Source of the DNA: an uncultured Clostridia bacterium | GTDB lineage: Bacteria; Bacillota; Clostridia; Christensenellales; Borkfalkiaceae | Assembly (NCBI GenBank): GCA_947624225.1 | Contig: CANQJF010000002.1 | Location: forward strand, 17,347 to 81,346 | Direction of reading: 5' to 3' | Length of the DNA stretch: 64,000 bases | Shown: positions 40,160 through 49,645 of the stretch, piece after piece | Layout of the letters: each line of letters starts with the position of its first letter | Numbering within the stretch: position 1 is the stretch's first letter | The notes under the pieces: generated by a model | Told to the model about the DNA's origin: nothing | Seen by the model: the letters and a program-made list of their open reading frames with translations, nothing else | The model's database searches: none | Translations under genes and position numbers: made by a program

Positions 40160-40831
40160 ATGATCGATTTAGGCGATTGGAACGAGGTTTTGCGGCCCCT
40201 CTTTTCGGATGCGCGCTACCTCAAAATCCGGGAATTTTTGAAGTATGAATACTCGCACTGCACGGTGTATCCCGACATGTACGACCTCTACAACTGCTTC
40301 CGCTACACGCCCTTTGCCAACGTAAAGGCCGTGCTGCTCGGGCAGGACCCCTACCACGAGCCGGGGCAGGCGCACGGACTGTGCTTCTCCGTGCCAAAGG
40401 GGGTACCCATGCCCCCGTCGCTCGTCAACATGTTAAAAGAGTTGAAAGATGACTTGGGCTACGATCCCCCTCGCTCGGGCGATCTCACCAAGTGGGCAAA
40501 GGAGGGCGTGCTGCTCATGAACACGGCGCTGACCGTGCGCGCGCACCAGGCCAATTCGCATGCGAACTGTGGGTGGAGCTGGTTTACGGACTCCGTCATC
40601 GAGCTGTTGTCGCGCGAGAAAGAGCACCTCGTGTTCCTGCTGTGGGGAGGCAATGCACGGAGAAAAAAGCCGCTCATCGACGCGCGCAAACATCTCGTGC
40701 TCGAATGCGCGCATCCCTCGCCGCTTTCGGCCTACAACGGCTTCTTCGGCTGCCGCCACTTCTCCAAAACCAACGAATATTTAACGTCTTGCGGCATTGC
40801 GCCCATCGATTGGGACCTCAATCATACATAA
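40160..40831 (+). CDS. ung: Uracil-DNA glycosylase (family 1)
   Basis: GQDPYHEPGQAHGLCFSV, LLMNTALTV and HPSPLSAYNGFFGCRHF motifs. Confidence 0.95.
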   Translation: MIDLGDWNEVLRPLFSDARYLKIREFLKYEYSHCTVYPDMYDLYNCFRYTPFANVKAVLLGQDPYHEPGQAHGLCFSVPKGVPMPPSLVNMLKELKDDLGYDPPRSGDLTKWAKEGVLLMNTALTVRAHQANSHANCGWSWFTDSVIELLSREKEHLVFLLWGGNARRKKPLIDARKHLVLECAHPSPLSAYNGFFGCRHFSKTNEYLTSCGIAPIDWDLNHT

Positions 40832-40863
40832 AACGAGCATACCATGTCCGAAACAAGATATTC

Positions 40864-40902
40864 AAAAGCCGCCCGAAGCGATGCGCTTCGGGCGGCTTTT
40901 TT
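40864..40902. terminator. Bidirectional intrinsic terminator between ung and clpC
   Basis: AAAA-GCCGCCCGAAGCG-at-GCGCTTCGGGCGGC-TTTTTT. Confidence 0.8.
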
Positions 40903-40911
40903 AACATTTTG

Positions 40912-43389
40912 CTATTCGATTTTAAAGACGAAATCCCCGCCCTCGTAATCGACGAGCACGGAGGCCTCATCGGAAATATTGCGCTTTAAAAGTTCCTCGG
41001 AGAGGCGGTCCTCGACGAGCCGTTGCAGCGTCCGTTTGAGAGGCCGTGCGCCCATCTCCTCGTTGTATCCCTCCTCCACGAGCTGTGCCTTGGCGCGTGC
41101 GGTCACGCGCATGGAGACGCCGCGCTCTTTCAGGCGTTCGGCCAGCCCGTTCAAGAGGCGGTCGCAAATCTTGGTCGCATCTTCTTTAGAGAGCTTGTGA
41201 AAGACGACGATCTCGTCAATCCTGTTCAAGAATTCGGGCTTGAACTGCTTTTTGAGCGCTTCCTCGATGTGCTCTTTCATCTCCTCGTGCTCGCTACTCT
41301 CCTCCTTGATGCCAAACCCGAGGGCGGTATCCCGCACCTCGTGTGCACCCACATTGGAGGTGAGGATGATGACGGTATTCTTGAAAGAGACCACCCGTCC
41401 GCGGCTGTCCGAGAGCCTGCCGTCATCAAGGATTTGGAGGAGGATGTTGAACACGTCGGGGTGTGCTTTCTCGATCTCATCGAAGAGCACGACGGAGTAG
41501 GGCTTGCGCCTGACGCGCTCGGTGAGGCAACCCTGTGTGTCGTCGTATCCCACATATCCCGGGGGGGCGCCGATGATCTTGGTGACCGAACCTTTCTCCA
41601 TGAACTCCGACATGTCGAGGCGGATCATCATGCGCTCGTCGCCGAACATGCTCTCGGCGAGCGCCTTGGAGAGGTCCGTCTTGCCGACGCCCGTCGGCCC
41701 GACAAAGATAAAGGAGCCGATGGGCCGGTTGGGATCGGACAGCCCCGCCCGCGCCCTACGGATGGCCCTTGCGACAGCGGACACTGCGTCATCCTGCCCC
41801 ACGATGCGGCGGTGCAGGTCCTCTTCAAGCGTCATGAGGCGGGCGCTCTCGGCCTCGGTGAGCTTGGAGACGGGCACCCCCGTCCAGTCGCTCACGATCT
41901 CCGCGATCTCCTCTGTTCCGATGGAGAGGTGGGTGTTGTTGCGCTTTTGCTCCCATTCGGCGCGCAATGCGTCCCGCTTCTTTTCCAACTCCTCGATCTG
42001 CTTGGAGAGATTGGCGGCGCGGCCATAGTCCTGCCACCGTGCGGCACGCGACCGGTCTGCCGAGAGCCGCGCGATCTTATCGTCGAGCTCGTGTAACTCC
42101 GCGGGGCCGTTGTAGGAATTGAGCCGCGCACGCGAGGCCGCCTCGTCGATGAGGTCGATGGCCTTGTCGGGCAAAAATCGATCCGTGACATAGCGGTCGG
42201 AAAGTCTCACGGCCGCCTCGATCGCGGCATCCGTGATGACCACATTATGATGGGCCTCATACTTATCTTTGAGCCCCTGTAAAATGATGATGGCGTCGTC
42301 CACGCTCGGCTGTTCGACGATGACGGGCGTGAACCTGCGTTCGAGGGCGGCATCCTTTTCGATGAACTTGCGGTACTCCTCCGTCGTCGTGGCGCCTACC
42401 GTCTGCAATTCGCCGCGGGCGAGCATGGGCTTTAAGATATTGGCCGCATCCATGTTGTTTTCGCTGGAAGAGCCCGCCCCCACGATCATGTGGATCTCAT
42501 CGATGAAGAGGATGATGGATTTATCCTTCATGATGGCATCCGTGACGACCTTTAAGCGCTCCTCAAAGTCGCCGCGGTATTTCGCGCCCGCGAGAAGCTC
42601 GGAGATGTTGAGGGAGAACACTTTTTTGCCGATGAGCAACTCGGGGACCTCCCCCGCAACGATGGCCCGCGCAAGCCCCTCGATGACGGCGCTCTTGCCC
42701 ACGCCCGGCTCCCCGATGAGCACGGGATTGTTCTTCGTGCGGCGGGAGAGGATCTGGATGACCTTTTCGATCTCCTTATGCCTGCCGATGACGGGGTCCA
42801 ATTTCCCCTCGCGCGCAAGTTTGGTGAGATCGGTGCCGTATTTGAGGTAGGGCAGCGATTCCTCGGGCTCGGGCGGGAATGCGGGGATGGGACGGTAAGG
42901 CGAAAACCGCTCTGTCGGGCGGGAGGACGGGGGCGGCGTAAACTTCATGTCCTCGTCATCCGTGTTGACAAAGGAGCTCAGCCGTTTTTCCAGCTCGTCG
43001 ATGTCCACGCCGATAGCGCGCAAGATGGAGACGGCGAGGCACTCGTCGAGCATGGTCACGGCAAGCAGCATGTGTTCGGTCCCGACGAGCGTGTGGTAAT
43101 CCCCTCCCTGCAAGGCGAGTTCGAGGGCGCGGTCGAAGAGCTTTTTGGTGCGCGGCGTATAGCCATAGACGGGCGTCTCGGGGCGAACGGTGCGCTTAAA
43201 CATCTCCGTATAGCGCTCCAAGGAGGCCCCCGCCTCCGCGAGCAGGCGCCCCGCCGTGCAATCGCTCACGCACAGCATCCCGAGCACGATGTGCTCGCTG
43301 CCGATATACGTCGTCTGATAGCGCTTGGCCGCCTCTTCCGCGACAAGCACCACCTGTTCGAGGTGTTCGGAAAACTTGGATGTATCCAT
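40912..43389 (-). CDS. clpC: ATP-dependent Clp protease ATP-binding subunit ClpC
   Basis: 825 aa: Clp_N repeats, two AAA+ modules (GEPGVGKSA, GPTGVGKTD) and a UVR linker. It is downstream of mcsA-mcsB. Confidence 0.95.
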   Translation of the reverse strand: MDTSKFSEHLEQVVLVAEEAAKRYQTTYIGSEHIVLGMLCVSDCTAGRLLAEAGASLERYTEMFKRTVRPETPVYGYTPRTKKLFDRALELALQGGDYHTLVGTEHMLLAVTMLDECLAVSILRAIGVDIDELEKRLSSFVNTDDEDMKFTPPPSSRPTERFSPYRPIPAFPPEPEESLPYLKYGTDLTKLAREGKLDPVIGRHKEIEKVIQILSRRTKNNPVLIGEPGVGKSAVIEGLARAIVAGEVPELLIGKKVFSLNISELLAGAKYRGDFEERLKVVTDAIMKDKSIILFIDEIHMIVGAGSSSENNMDAANILKPMLARGELQTVGATTTEEYRKFIEKDAALERRFTPVIVEQPSVDDAIIILQGLKDKYEAHHNVVITDAAIEAAVRLSDRYVTDRFLPDKAIDLIDEAASRARLNSYNGPAELHELDDKIARLSADRSRAARWQDYGRAANLSKQIEELEKKRDALRAEWEQKRNNTHLSIGTEEIAEIVSDWTGVPVSKLTEAESARLMTLEEDLHRRIVGQDDAVSAVARAIRRARAGLSDPNRPIGSFIFVGPTGVGKTDLSKALAESMFGDERMMIRLDMSEFMEKGSVTKIIGAPPGYVGYDDTQGCLTERVRRKPYSVVLFDEIEKAHPDVFNILLQILDDGRLSDSRGRVVSFKNTVIILTSNVGAHEVRDTALGFGIKEESSEHEEMKEHIEEALKKQFKPEFLNRIDEIVVFHKLSKEDATKICDRLLNGLAERLKERGVSMRVTARAKAQLVEEGYNEEMGARPLKRTLQRLVEDRLSEELLKRNISDEASVLVDYEGGDFVFKIE

Positions 43390-43449
43390 ATGTCCTCCTT
43401 ATTAGAGATGGCTTCCGCGAAGATCTGCCGCGGAAGTTGTAAAAGTAGC

Positions 43450-44499
43450 TTATAATATAAAGTGCAGAGAGCTTATCTTCTTGCGTACATATTCCGCCCG
43501 GAACGACAGCCCCTCTTCTTCCGTCAACTTGCGTTTTGCGAGGCGATCCATCCCCGCGGGACGGAGCTCCATGGCAATGTTATCCAGCGTCTCCAAGCGG
43601 CGGTCCTGCCCCGCCTCCGCGCCGAAAAAGCCCAAGGCAACTCCGAGCTTGACGTCGGCAATGCGGCGGGCGAGCTCCTTTTCATCGAGCAGACAACAGC
43701 TGAGCAGGATCCCCAGCGAACGGCGGAGCCGATCTTTGAGCGCCATGCCCTCTTCCGCCATCATGCGCTCGCGCTCCAAGAGCTCGGCCTCCACGATGAC
43801 GCTCACCGCCTGTTCGACCCCGAAGAGCACCTCCTCCTCGGAGAGACCGAGCGTCACCTCGTTGCTGATCTGAAAGAGGTCTCCGTCTGCCCCGCTCCCC
43901 TCTCCGAATACGCCGCGCACCGTGAGACCGAGGCGCGTGAGCGTGGGGATGAGCTTCTTCATGAGCCCCCGCCGTGCGAGGGCGGGCAAGAACAGCATCA
44001 CCGACGCCCGCAACCCGGTGCCGAGGTTGGAGGGACAGGCCGTAAGATATCCCAGCTCTCTATCATATGCAAAGGGGATGGAATCGGAAATGATATCGTC
44101 GATGCCCGCGATCCGCTCATAGGCACGCTTTAAATCAAATCCTTTCATGAAGTACTGTTCGCGGATGTGATCTTCCTCGTTGATCATCACGGAAATGGTC
44201 TGGTCGAGGGAGACGAGGGCCGCCGAGATCATGCGGTGCCTCAAAAGGTCGCGGGAAATGAGATAGCGCTCGATGAGAAAGGCGGCCGTCTCTGCGGGGA
44301 TATCCGCCATCTCGAAGAGGTGGAACTCCTCCATGCTGGTCAGCTCCGCCGTGATGAGACGGATGATCTCGCTCGCCTGTTCCGCGGCATGGGTATCTTT
44401 GAGCAGGCGCCCGGGGAAAGGATAGTCCTTAAAATTGCGCGCCAGCCGTATGCGTGTGGAGACGGCGACGCTCTCATAATCGGCGAGCTGCACCATCAT
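43450..44499 (-). CDS. mcsB: Protein arginine kinase McsB
   Basis: Phosphagen-kinase-like core (NEEDHIR, CPSNLGTGLRASVMLFLPAL) in the operon position. Confidence 0.9.
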   Translation of the reverse strand: MMVQLADYESVAVSTRIRLARNFKDYPFPGRLLKDTHAAEQASEIIRLITAELTSMEEFHLFEMADIPAETAAFLIERYLISRDLLRHRMISAALVSLDQTISVMINEEDHIREQYFMKGFDLKRAYERIAGIDDIISDSIPFAYDRELGYLTACPSNLGTGLRASVMLFLPALARRGLMKKLIPTLTRLGLTVRGVFGEGSGADGDLFQISNEVTLGLSEEEVLFGVEQAVSVIVEAELLERERMMAEEGMALKDRLRRSLGILLSCCLLDEKELARRIADVKLGVALGFFGAEAGQDRRLETLDNIAMELRPAGMDRLAKRKLTEEEGLSFRAEYVRKKISSLHFIL

Positions 44500-44984
44500 G
44501 CCCCCTCCCCGCCATAGAGGCGCTTGTTTACGGCATCCAGACGGGCACGGAGGCGCTTGACCTCCTCGGTATCCCCCGCCTGCTCTGCCGCCGAGACTTC
44601 TGCGCGGAGGCGCTCCTGCACCTCCACGAGTTCGCGGACGGTATCATAGTTCTCGTCGGCGGTGCCGCTCGGGACCTTCCCCTCATGCTGCAATTTCCCC
44701 TGCACATAGCGGATGGTGGGCAGCAATTCTTCGCGGAAAGCCGTATAACAATAGGCGCATCCGAGTAGCCCCGTGTGGCGGAACTCTTCGAGCGTCGTCC
44801 CGCATCCCTCACACGCCTTGCTCCCCTTGGTGCGCCCCATAAAGGAGGTGAAGAAATCCCCGCTCCCCTCCTCGGGATATAGTTTTCGGTAACAAGAAGG
44901 ACAGACGGTGAGCGTCGTCTCCCGCCCGTCCGTTATCCGTTGATAAACCTTGGCATTGTCGCTTCCGCAAACATTGCAACGCAT
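44496..44984 (-). CDS. mcsA: McsA (zinc-finger/UVR-domain activator of McsB)
   Basis: From ATG 44984 (GGAGG RBS): MRCNVCGSDNA..CPSCY..CEGCG..CAYCY cysteine pairs plus a C-terminal UVR-like helix. Confidence 0.8.
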   Translation of the reverse strand: MRCNVCGSDNAKVYQRITDGRETTLTVCPSCYRKLYPEEGSGDFFTSFMGRTKGSKACEGCGTTLEEFRHTGLLGCAYCYTAFREELLPTIRYVQGKLQHEGKVPSGTADENYDTVRELVEVQERLRAEVSAAEQAGDTEEVKRLRARLDAVNKRLYGGEGA

Positions 44985-45045
44985 GTCTGCCTCCGATATC
45001 TCCCGTGCGCAACGTGACGCGGTCGTCACGGGTTGCGGCGAAAGG

Positions 45046-46131
45046 TCATTCTCCCTCGATCTTATCGGGATAATTTTTCAGCAAGAATTCCCACGCGCCC
45101 TGCGGCAGGGGGAAACGGTAGGCGCCGTATGTGCACCTCGCAACGATTGCACGGTAGCCCTCTCCCTCCGCACGGGAGAGCGCCTCGATCTCTTCCCACT
45201 TCAAAAAGAGGCTGTCCGTGCGCCCCGCCGCCGTCCAATACATCCCCTCCTCATAAAAAGCGAGAAGTTCGCGGGCACGGAATAGGCCGACAAAGCCGCG
45301 GAAGAGCAAAGCCAGCCCAAAGACCAACAGCACCAGGCCCGCCCACAGTCCGACGAAAATGGCGACGAGGATGCCGGCCACCGCGAGCAGACCGCCGCCC
45401 GTGAGAAGAAAGAGGGCGCGCCGTTTGAGCTTTGCATCAGGGGTGAAGAACATCTCTTGGACTTTAAACCGCCCGCTCTTTTTGCCCCGCTCCGCCTCGG
45501 GAGGGCGCTCCTCCCCGACCAATTCCAGCCCGTGAGCGGCAATGGTCTCGATGAGGCGGTCCTTGCGGTCTGTCTGGATGAGGGCGTTCCCGCCCGCGCC
45601 CTTGCCGTCCTTGGCGAGGTAAGAAGTGGGCACTTCGATCACGACCGACCACTCCCCCTCCTCCCGCGCCCGCTTGCGCGAGCAGACGGAGATGAAACGC
45701 ATCCGACTGTACGGGATATCGATCACGGGTCCCTTTTCGGCATGCAGACGGATGCCGCTTTCCGTAAACGTCGCAAGCGTTCCCTCGCCCACGAAGAAGC
45801 TCTCGTCGGAATCGCACCGTTCGAGAAAATCCTTCCTTCGCACCTCGATGCGCCCCGAAACGCGTACAAGGAAAAAGGCGGCGAGGGCACAGACGAGCGT
45901 CCCGCCCGCAAAACTGCCGAGGAGGATGATGAAGAGCTGCAAGCCCAATTGGTCGAATTCATAGAGAAATAGGACGACGACCACGCCGATCAATGCAAAA
46001 ATGGCCAAAATGGCAAGCACGAACGCGGAAACTCCCGCCGCCGCATTGCGCACCGCGAGCGCGTCGGCCCGCTTCTTTTGAAGCTCGGGCGAGGTCGGGA
46101 TTATCTTATCAAACATGTTCTTCTCGGACAT
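45046..46131 (-). CDS. Membrane protein with two TM pairs, each followed by a soluble module (bPH/YdbT-like architecture?)
   Basis: 361 aa, starting MSEKNMFDK with a GGAGG RBS. It ends 61 nt upstream of the mcsA start on the same strand. Confidence 0.6.
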   Translation of the reverse strand: MSEKNMFDKIIPTSPELQKKRADALAVRNAAAGVSAFVLAILAIFALIGVVVVLFLYEFDQLGLQLFIILLGSFAGGTLVCALAAFFLVRVSGRIEVRRKDFLERCDSDESFFVGEGTLATFTESGIRLHAEKGPVIDIPYSRMRFISVCSRKRAREEGEWSVVIEVPTSYLAKDGKGAGGNALIQTDRKDRLIETIAAHGLELVGEERPPEAERGKKSGRFKVQEMFFTPDAKLKRRALFLLTGGGLLAVAGILVAIFVGLWAGLVLLVFGLALLFRGFVGLFRARELLAFYEEGMYWTAAGRTDSLFLKWEEIEALSRAEGEGYRAIVARCTYGAYRFPLPQGAWEFLLKNYPDKIEGE

Positions 46132-46192
46132 GGTACCTCCGTTTAACGTCTGATCGCAAAATCAATGCCCCCGAAAACGCACAGGGCTCTCC

Positions 46193-46804
46193 CTATTTTT
46201 CGGGGGAAGTTCTCTTCCACCAAACAAAAAAGAAGAGTGCCAACAGTTGGAGCGGGATCCCGATCAGGAAGATGAGCCACAGCGTGGGGTGCGGGCCATG
46301 GACGGCAAACACGGTGAGATAGGCGCACGCGAGCACGGTCCAGATGAGCACCGAGAGGCTCAGGATGCGGTAGACCTTATACCGCCAAATGCAACTGAAA
46401 ATGAGGACCACGATGGCCGAAGCGGGCACCGCATAGACAAATGCGAGCCACAGAAAATGGGTATCCGGGGAAATGATGCCGCCGAGCACAAAGCTGACGA
46501 CTGCGGTGAGCCAGCAGAGGCCCACCGAGAGCAAAATGATGATGAGACGGCGGATCCCCCTCGTCTTTTTGGGCATGACCGGCTTCTCCTTGTGTTCGTG
46601 CACAAGGTCGTCGAGGCTGACATTGAAGAATTCCGCGATCTGCATGAGCGTGCGCACATCGGGGATCCCGTTCCCCTGTTCCCACTTGGAGATGGATTTA
46701 TCGGAATACCCGAGTTTTTCGGCAAGTTCGAGCTGCGTCATGTTCGTCACCTTGCGGAGACGCATGATGTTCGTTCCGATGATTTGGGCAATATCTTCTT
46801 CCAT
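46193..46804 (-). CDS. Membrane-anchored XRE-family HTH regulator
   Basis: From ATG 46804: MEEDIAQIIGTNIMRLRKVTNMTQLELAEKLGYSDKSISKWEQG (HTH), followed by 4 hydrophobic segments. Confidence 0.75.
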   Translation of the reverse strand: MEEDIAQIIGTNIMRLRKVTNMTQLELAEKLGYSDKSISKWEQGNGIPDVRTLMQIAEFFNVSLDDLVHEHKEKPVMPKKTRGIRRLIIILLSVGLCWLTAVVSFVLGGIISPDTHFLWLAFVYAVPASAIVVLIFSCIWRYKVYRILSLSVLIWTVLACAYLTVFAVHGPHPTLWLIFLIGIPLQLLALFFFVWWKRTSPEK

Positions 46805-46922
46805 AGTCGGTATTATAGCGTAAAAATGCGCAAATGTCAACGGTTCTACCGAGAGTAGAGATAAAGATTCACATTCTACCGCGCCTTTTCACAAAAAGAG
46901 AGCCCGAAAAAGCAAGAGTAGG

Positions 46923-47040
46923 TTGCAATTTGGGCCGCACCGATGGTACAATTTGAGACGAAGAACGGGTGGTCCCAGCCGCCCGCTTCACTCTCCCAAT
47001 TGAATAAGCCCGCGTGATTCACGACGGGCTTATTTCCTTA
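46923..47040 (+). ncRNA. Candidate ~85-nt small RNA (promoter plus two hairpins plus terminator)
   Basis: TTGCAA (46923-46928), 18-nt spacer, TACAAT (46947-46952). Hairpin CGGGTGG-tcccag-CCGCCCG. Terminator AAGCCCGCGTG-att-CACGaCGGGCTT followed by a T-rich tract. Confidence 0.3.
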
Positions 47041-47252
47041 TTTATATATTTTGTTGATCATATTTTTGTTGATCGATTCGCCGCCTCGCAAATTTGTCCT
47101 CTCCCAATCGGTTGTAAAAAATGCCATGCTGCCCCACTCTTTCTCCTTTTTGCGACATTTCCTATATAGCATATGTCTAATGCGGATGAAAACAATTCTA
47201 TCATATCCAAACGACAATGTCTATATAGTAACGTCGTTTTGCGGAGAAAAAA

Positions 47253-47705
47253 ATGAGAATTTCCACCCAATTTCAAAATCGTTTCAAGGAGCTCATGCAG
47301 GACGGGGAGTATCCCACCAAGACTTTGGCCGCAGAGGGTCTCGGCATCACATATGTCACATTCTCGAAAGCGTATAACTATGGAATCGTCCCCAAGACGG
47401 CGATCCTGATCAAAATTTCCGACCACTTCCATATCTTGGTCGAATACCTCTTAGGTACGTCGAACGATGACGGGTTTGCCTGCTCGTCGGACGCGACGTT
47501 TCAAGAGCGCTTGGAGCAGTTGAGGTGCGAAAAGCATATCCGCACGGTCTATGAACTTGCCGAGCGCCTGCACATCCACCGCAACAACATTGCACAATGG
47601 GTGAAGAAAGGATATCTGCCCGAGCTGGAAAATTTAGAGATCGTTGCCGATTTCTTCAACGTGTCCTTGGATTACCTGCTCGGCCGCACCGATTACCGAA
47701 AATAA
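47253..47705 (+). CDS. Tandem-HTH XRE-family regulator
   Basis: 150 aa containing two Cro/C1-like HTH units (KTLAAEGLGITYVTFSKAYN and VYELAERLHIHRNNIAQWVKKG). Confidence 0.7.
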   Translation: MRISTQFQNRFKELMQDGEYPTKTLAAEGLGITYVTFSKAYNYGIVPKTAILIKISDHFHILVEYLLGTSNDDGFACSSDATFQERLEQLRCEKHIRTVYELAERLHIHRNNIAQWVKKGYLPELENLEIVADFFNVSLDYLLGRTDYRK

Positions 47706-47728
47706 AGTTCCCCTCCGGGGACACCGCC

Positions 47729-47768
47729 GCGCCCTCGAAAGTCGCCCCGCTTTCGAGGGCGCTTTTTT
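47729..47768 (+). terminator. Intrinsic terminator after the tandem-HTH gene
   Basis: GCGCCCTCGAAAG-tcgccccg-CTTTCGAGGGCGC followed by TTTTTT. Confidence 0.8.
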
Positions 47769-47954
47769 CATGGGGTTTGGCATTTTATACATCATTTTTG
47801 CATAAATTCGGAATAAACGGCAAATTTTTATAAAATTATTCCAAAAAAATCCATTTTACCCCCGAAAAATAGTTGCACTTTCCCAAGCATTGTGATATGA
47901 TATGCTTGCTTTTGAACGAGAAATAAAAATTTTATCCAAGAAGGAAGGTAAACC

Positions 47955-48872
47955 ATGAAGAAAACAATTTTGATCCCCATCGCCCTTACGATGGCCGCCG
48001 TGTGCATCTTTGCCGGTGCTTGCGCGGGCGGGAATGCGAACTATGTCTCTAATGACGCGCAAGATCTTCTCCAAGAGGACTTTGGCATCGCGCTAAAAAA
48101 GGGCGACACGGAGATGGTAGCGGCCGTGAATGCCGTCGTGGATGCGTGGGTAGACGACGGAACGATGGACAAATATTTCGAGTATTACAGCGACCTCGCC
48201 GATGAGAACAGCAATCCCACGGCCCCCACCGGTCTCAAACTGACGTGGGACCTCGACGAGTACACCGACACGCTCGATATGTATACCGAGTCGGGCTTTG
48301 CCCCCTATGAGTTCCTGAATTCGAACGGATACACCGTCTCGGACGGCAATGCAGAGGAGGGCGCCTATGCGGTTGCCGGCCTCGACGTTGCTATTGCCTG
48401 CCAGGTCGCAGAAAACCTCCATTGCAAGCTCGTGATCCACGACGTCGCTTTCGATGATATCATCACCAACCTCAAACAGAATTCGGGCAAGGCCATTGCC
48501 GCGGCGGGCCTCACCATCAACGAAGAGCGCCTCCAAGAGGTGGATTTCAGCAACATCTACTCCTCCTCCACGCTCTCCATCGTCTGTGCCGAGGATGCAA
48601 ATTATCACAATTTAAAGGACCTCGACGGGCTCAAAATCGGCGTGCAGAAGGGCACGAGCGGCGACCTCATTGCCAGTGCCGCCAAGACTTCCGCCGGCTA
48701 CACCTATGAAGTTGAGGACGCCCCCTCCGTTACGATCAAACTCAGCTCCTCCGATACGGAGATCGTGACATACGAGACCTATGCCGCTGCGCTTGCCGCA
48801 TTGCAGACGGGCAAGATCGACGTCATCTTCATGGACAAGGTACCCTCCTTGCTCCTCCTTGCAAATATATGA
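47955..48872 (+). CDS. Amino-acid ABC transporter substrate-binding lipoprotein, apparently circularly permuted
   Basis: Lipobox IFAGAC. Residues ~40-80 (EDFGIALKKGDTEMVAAVNAVVDAWVDDGTMDKYFEYY) look like the usual C-terminal end of SBP_bac_3 proteins. The normal N-terminal part (GFAPYEF..., GLTINEERLQEVDFS, GVQKGTSG, IDVIFMD) follows it. Confidence 0.8.
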   Translation: MKKTILIPIALTMAAVCIFAGACAGGNANYVSNDAQDLLQEDFGIALKKGDTEMVAAVNAVVDAWVDDGTMDKYFEYYSDLADENSNPTAPTGLKLTWDLDEYTDTLDMYTESGFAPYEFLNSNGYTVSDGNAEEGAYAVAGLDVAIACQVAENLHCKLVIHDVAFDDIITNLKQNSGKAIAAAGLTINEERLQEVDFSNIYSSSTLSIVCAEDANYHNLKDLDGLKIGVQKGTSGDLIASAAKTSAGYTYEVEDAPSVTIKLSSSDTEIVTYETYAAALAALQTGKIDVIFMDKVPSLLLLANI

Positions 48873-49645
48873 TGTTGACGCTTCTCAATGCAAAAACGCT
48901 GGCCGAAAGATTTCGGTCAGCGTTTATTGTGGATGAAAGATGGTTGCTCTATCTGAACGGGCTCAAAAACACATTGATCATCGCGCTGCTCGCGGTGGTG
49001 ATTGGCATCCTCCTCGGGTTCCTCATTGCGGCGGTCGTGTATACAAAGAAAAAGACGGGCAAGCTCAAAATCCTCTCCTTTGTCTGCAACATCTACGTCA
49101 CGATCATCCGCGGCACGCCCGTCGTGTTGCAGCTGTTCATCATGTACTTCATCGTCCTTGCGACCATGAAAAACGGCATCTTGGTCGGCGGGATCACATT
49201 TGGGCTCAACAGCGCGGCCTATGTCTCCGAGATCGCGCGCGCCGGGCTCGAATCCATCGACGAAGGGCAAATGGAGGCGGGCCGCTCGCTCGGGCTGTCC
49301 TATTCCAAGACCATGCTGAAAATCATCCTGCCGCAAGCTCTTCGAAACATCATCCCCGCCCTCTTCAATGAGTTCATCACGCTCGTGAAAGAGACGTCCG
49401 TCGCCGGATACGTGGGGATCTTGGAGCTGGGAAAGGTGCCGGGGCTCATTCAATCGCGCACGTTCGACTATCTCTTCCCCCTCCTCATTGCCTCTGTCAT
49501 GTACCTTGTGGTCGTCTATCTGCTCACGCTCGTGGAAAAGGTCATCGAGAAGATCCTCGCCAAGAGCGACCGCAGCGCGGGCAACGTAAAAATCACGGGA
49601 GGTAGAAAGAAATGCAAGAAAAAAGCACAAAAGAGCCTCTCATAA
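48869..49645 (+). CDS. Amino-acid ABC transporter permease (HisM/GlnP family)
   Basis: 258 aa with the EAA-type loop ([22 protein letters not shown]). Confidence 0.88.
   Translation: MMLTLLNAKTLAERFRSAFIVDERWLLYLNGLKNTLIIALLAVVIGILLGFLIAAVVYTKKKTGKLKILSFVCNIYVTIIRGTPVVLQLFIMYFIVLATMKNGILVGGITFGLNSAAYVSEIARAGLESIDEGQMEAGRSLGLSYSKTMLKIILPQALRNIIPALFNEFITLVKETSVAGYVGILELGKVPGLIQSRTFDYLFPLLIASVMYLVVVYLLTLVEKVIEKILAKSDRSAGNVKITGGRKKCKKKAQKSLS

Noticed and set aside
44985-47000. A CtsR operator (tandem GGTCAAA heptads) upstream of mcsA
   Set aside because: I searched by eye on both strands. Only isolated GTCAA-like strings are present, with no tandem heptads.
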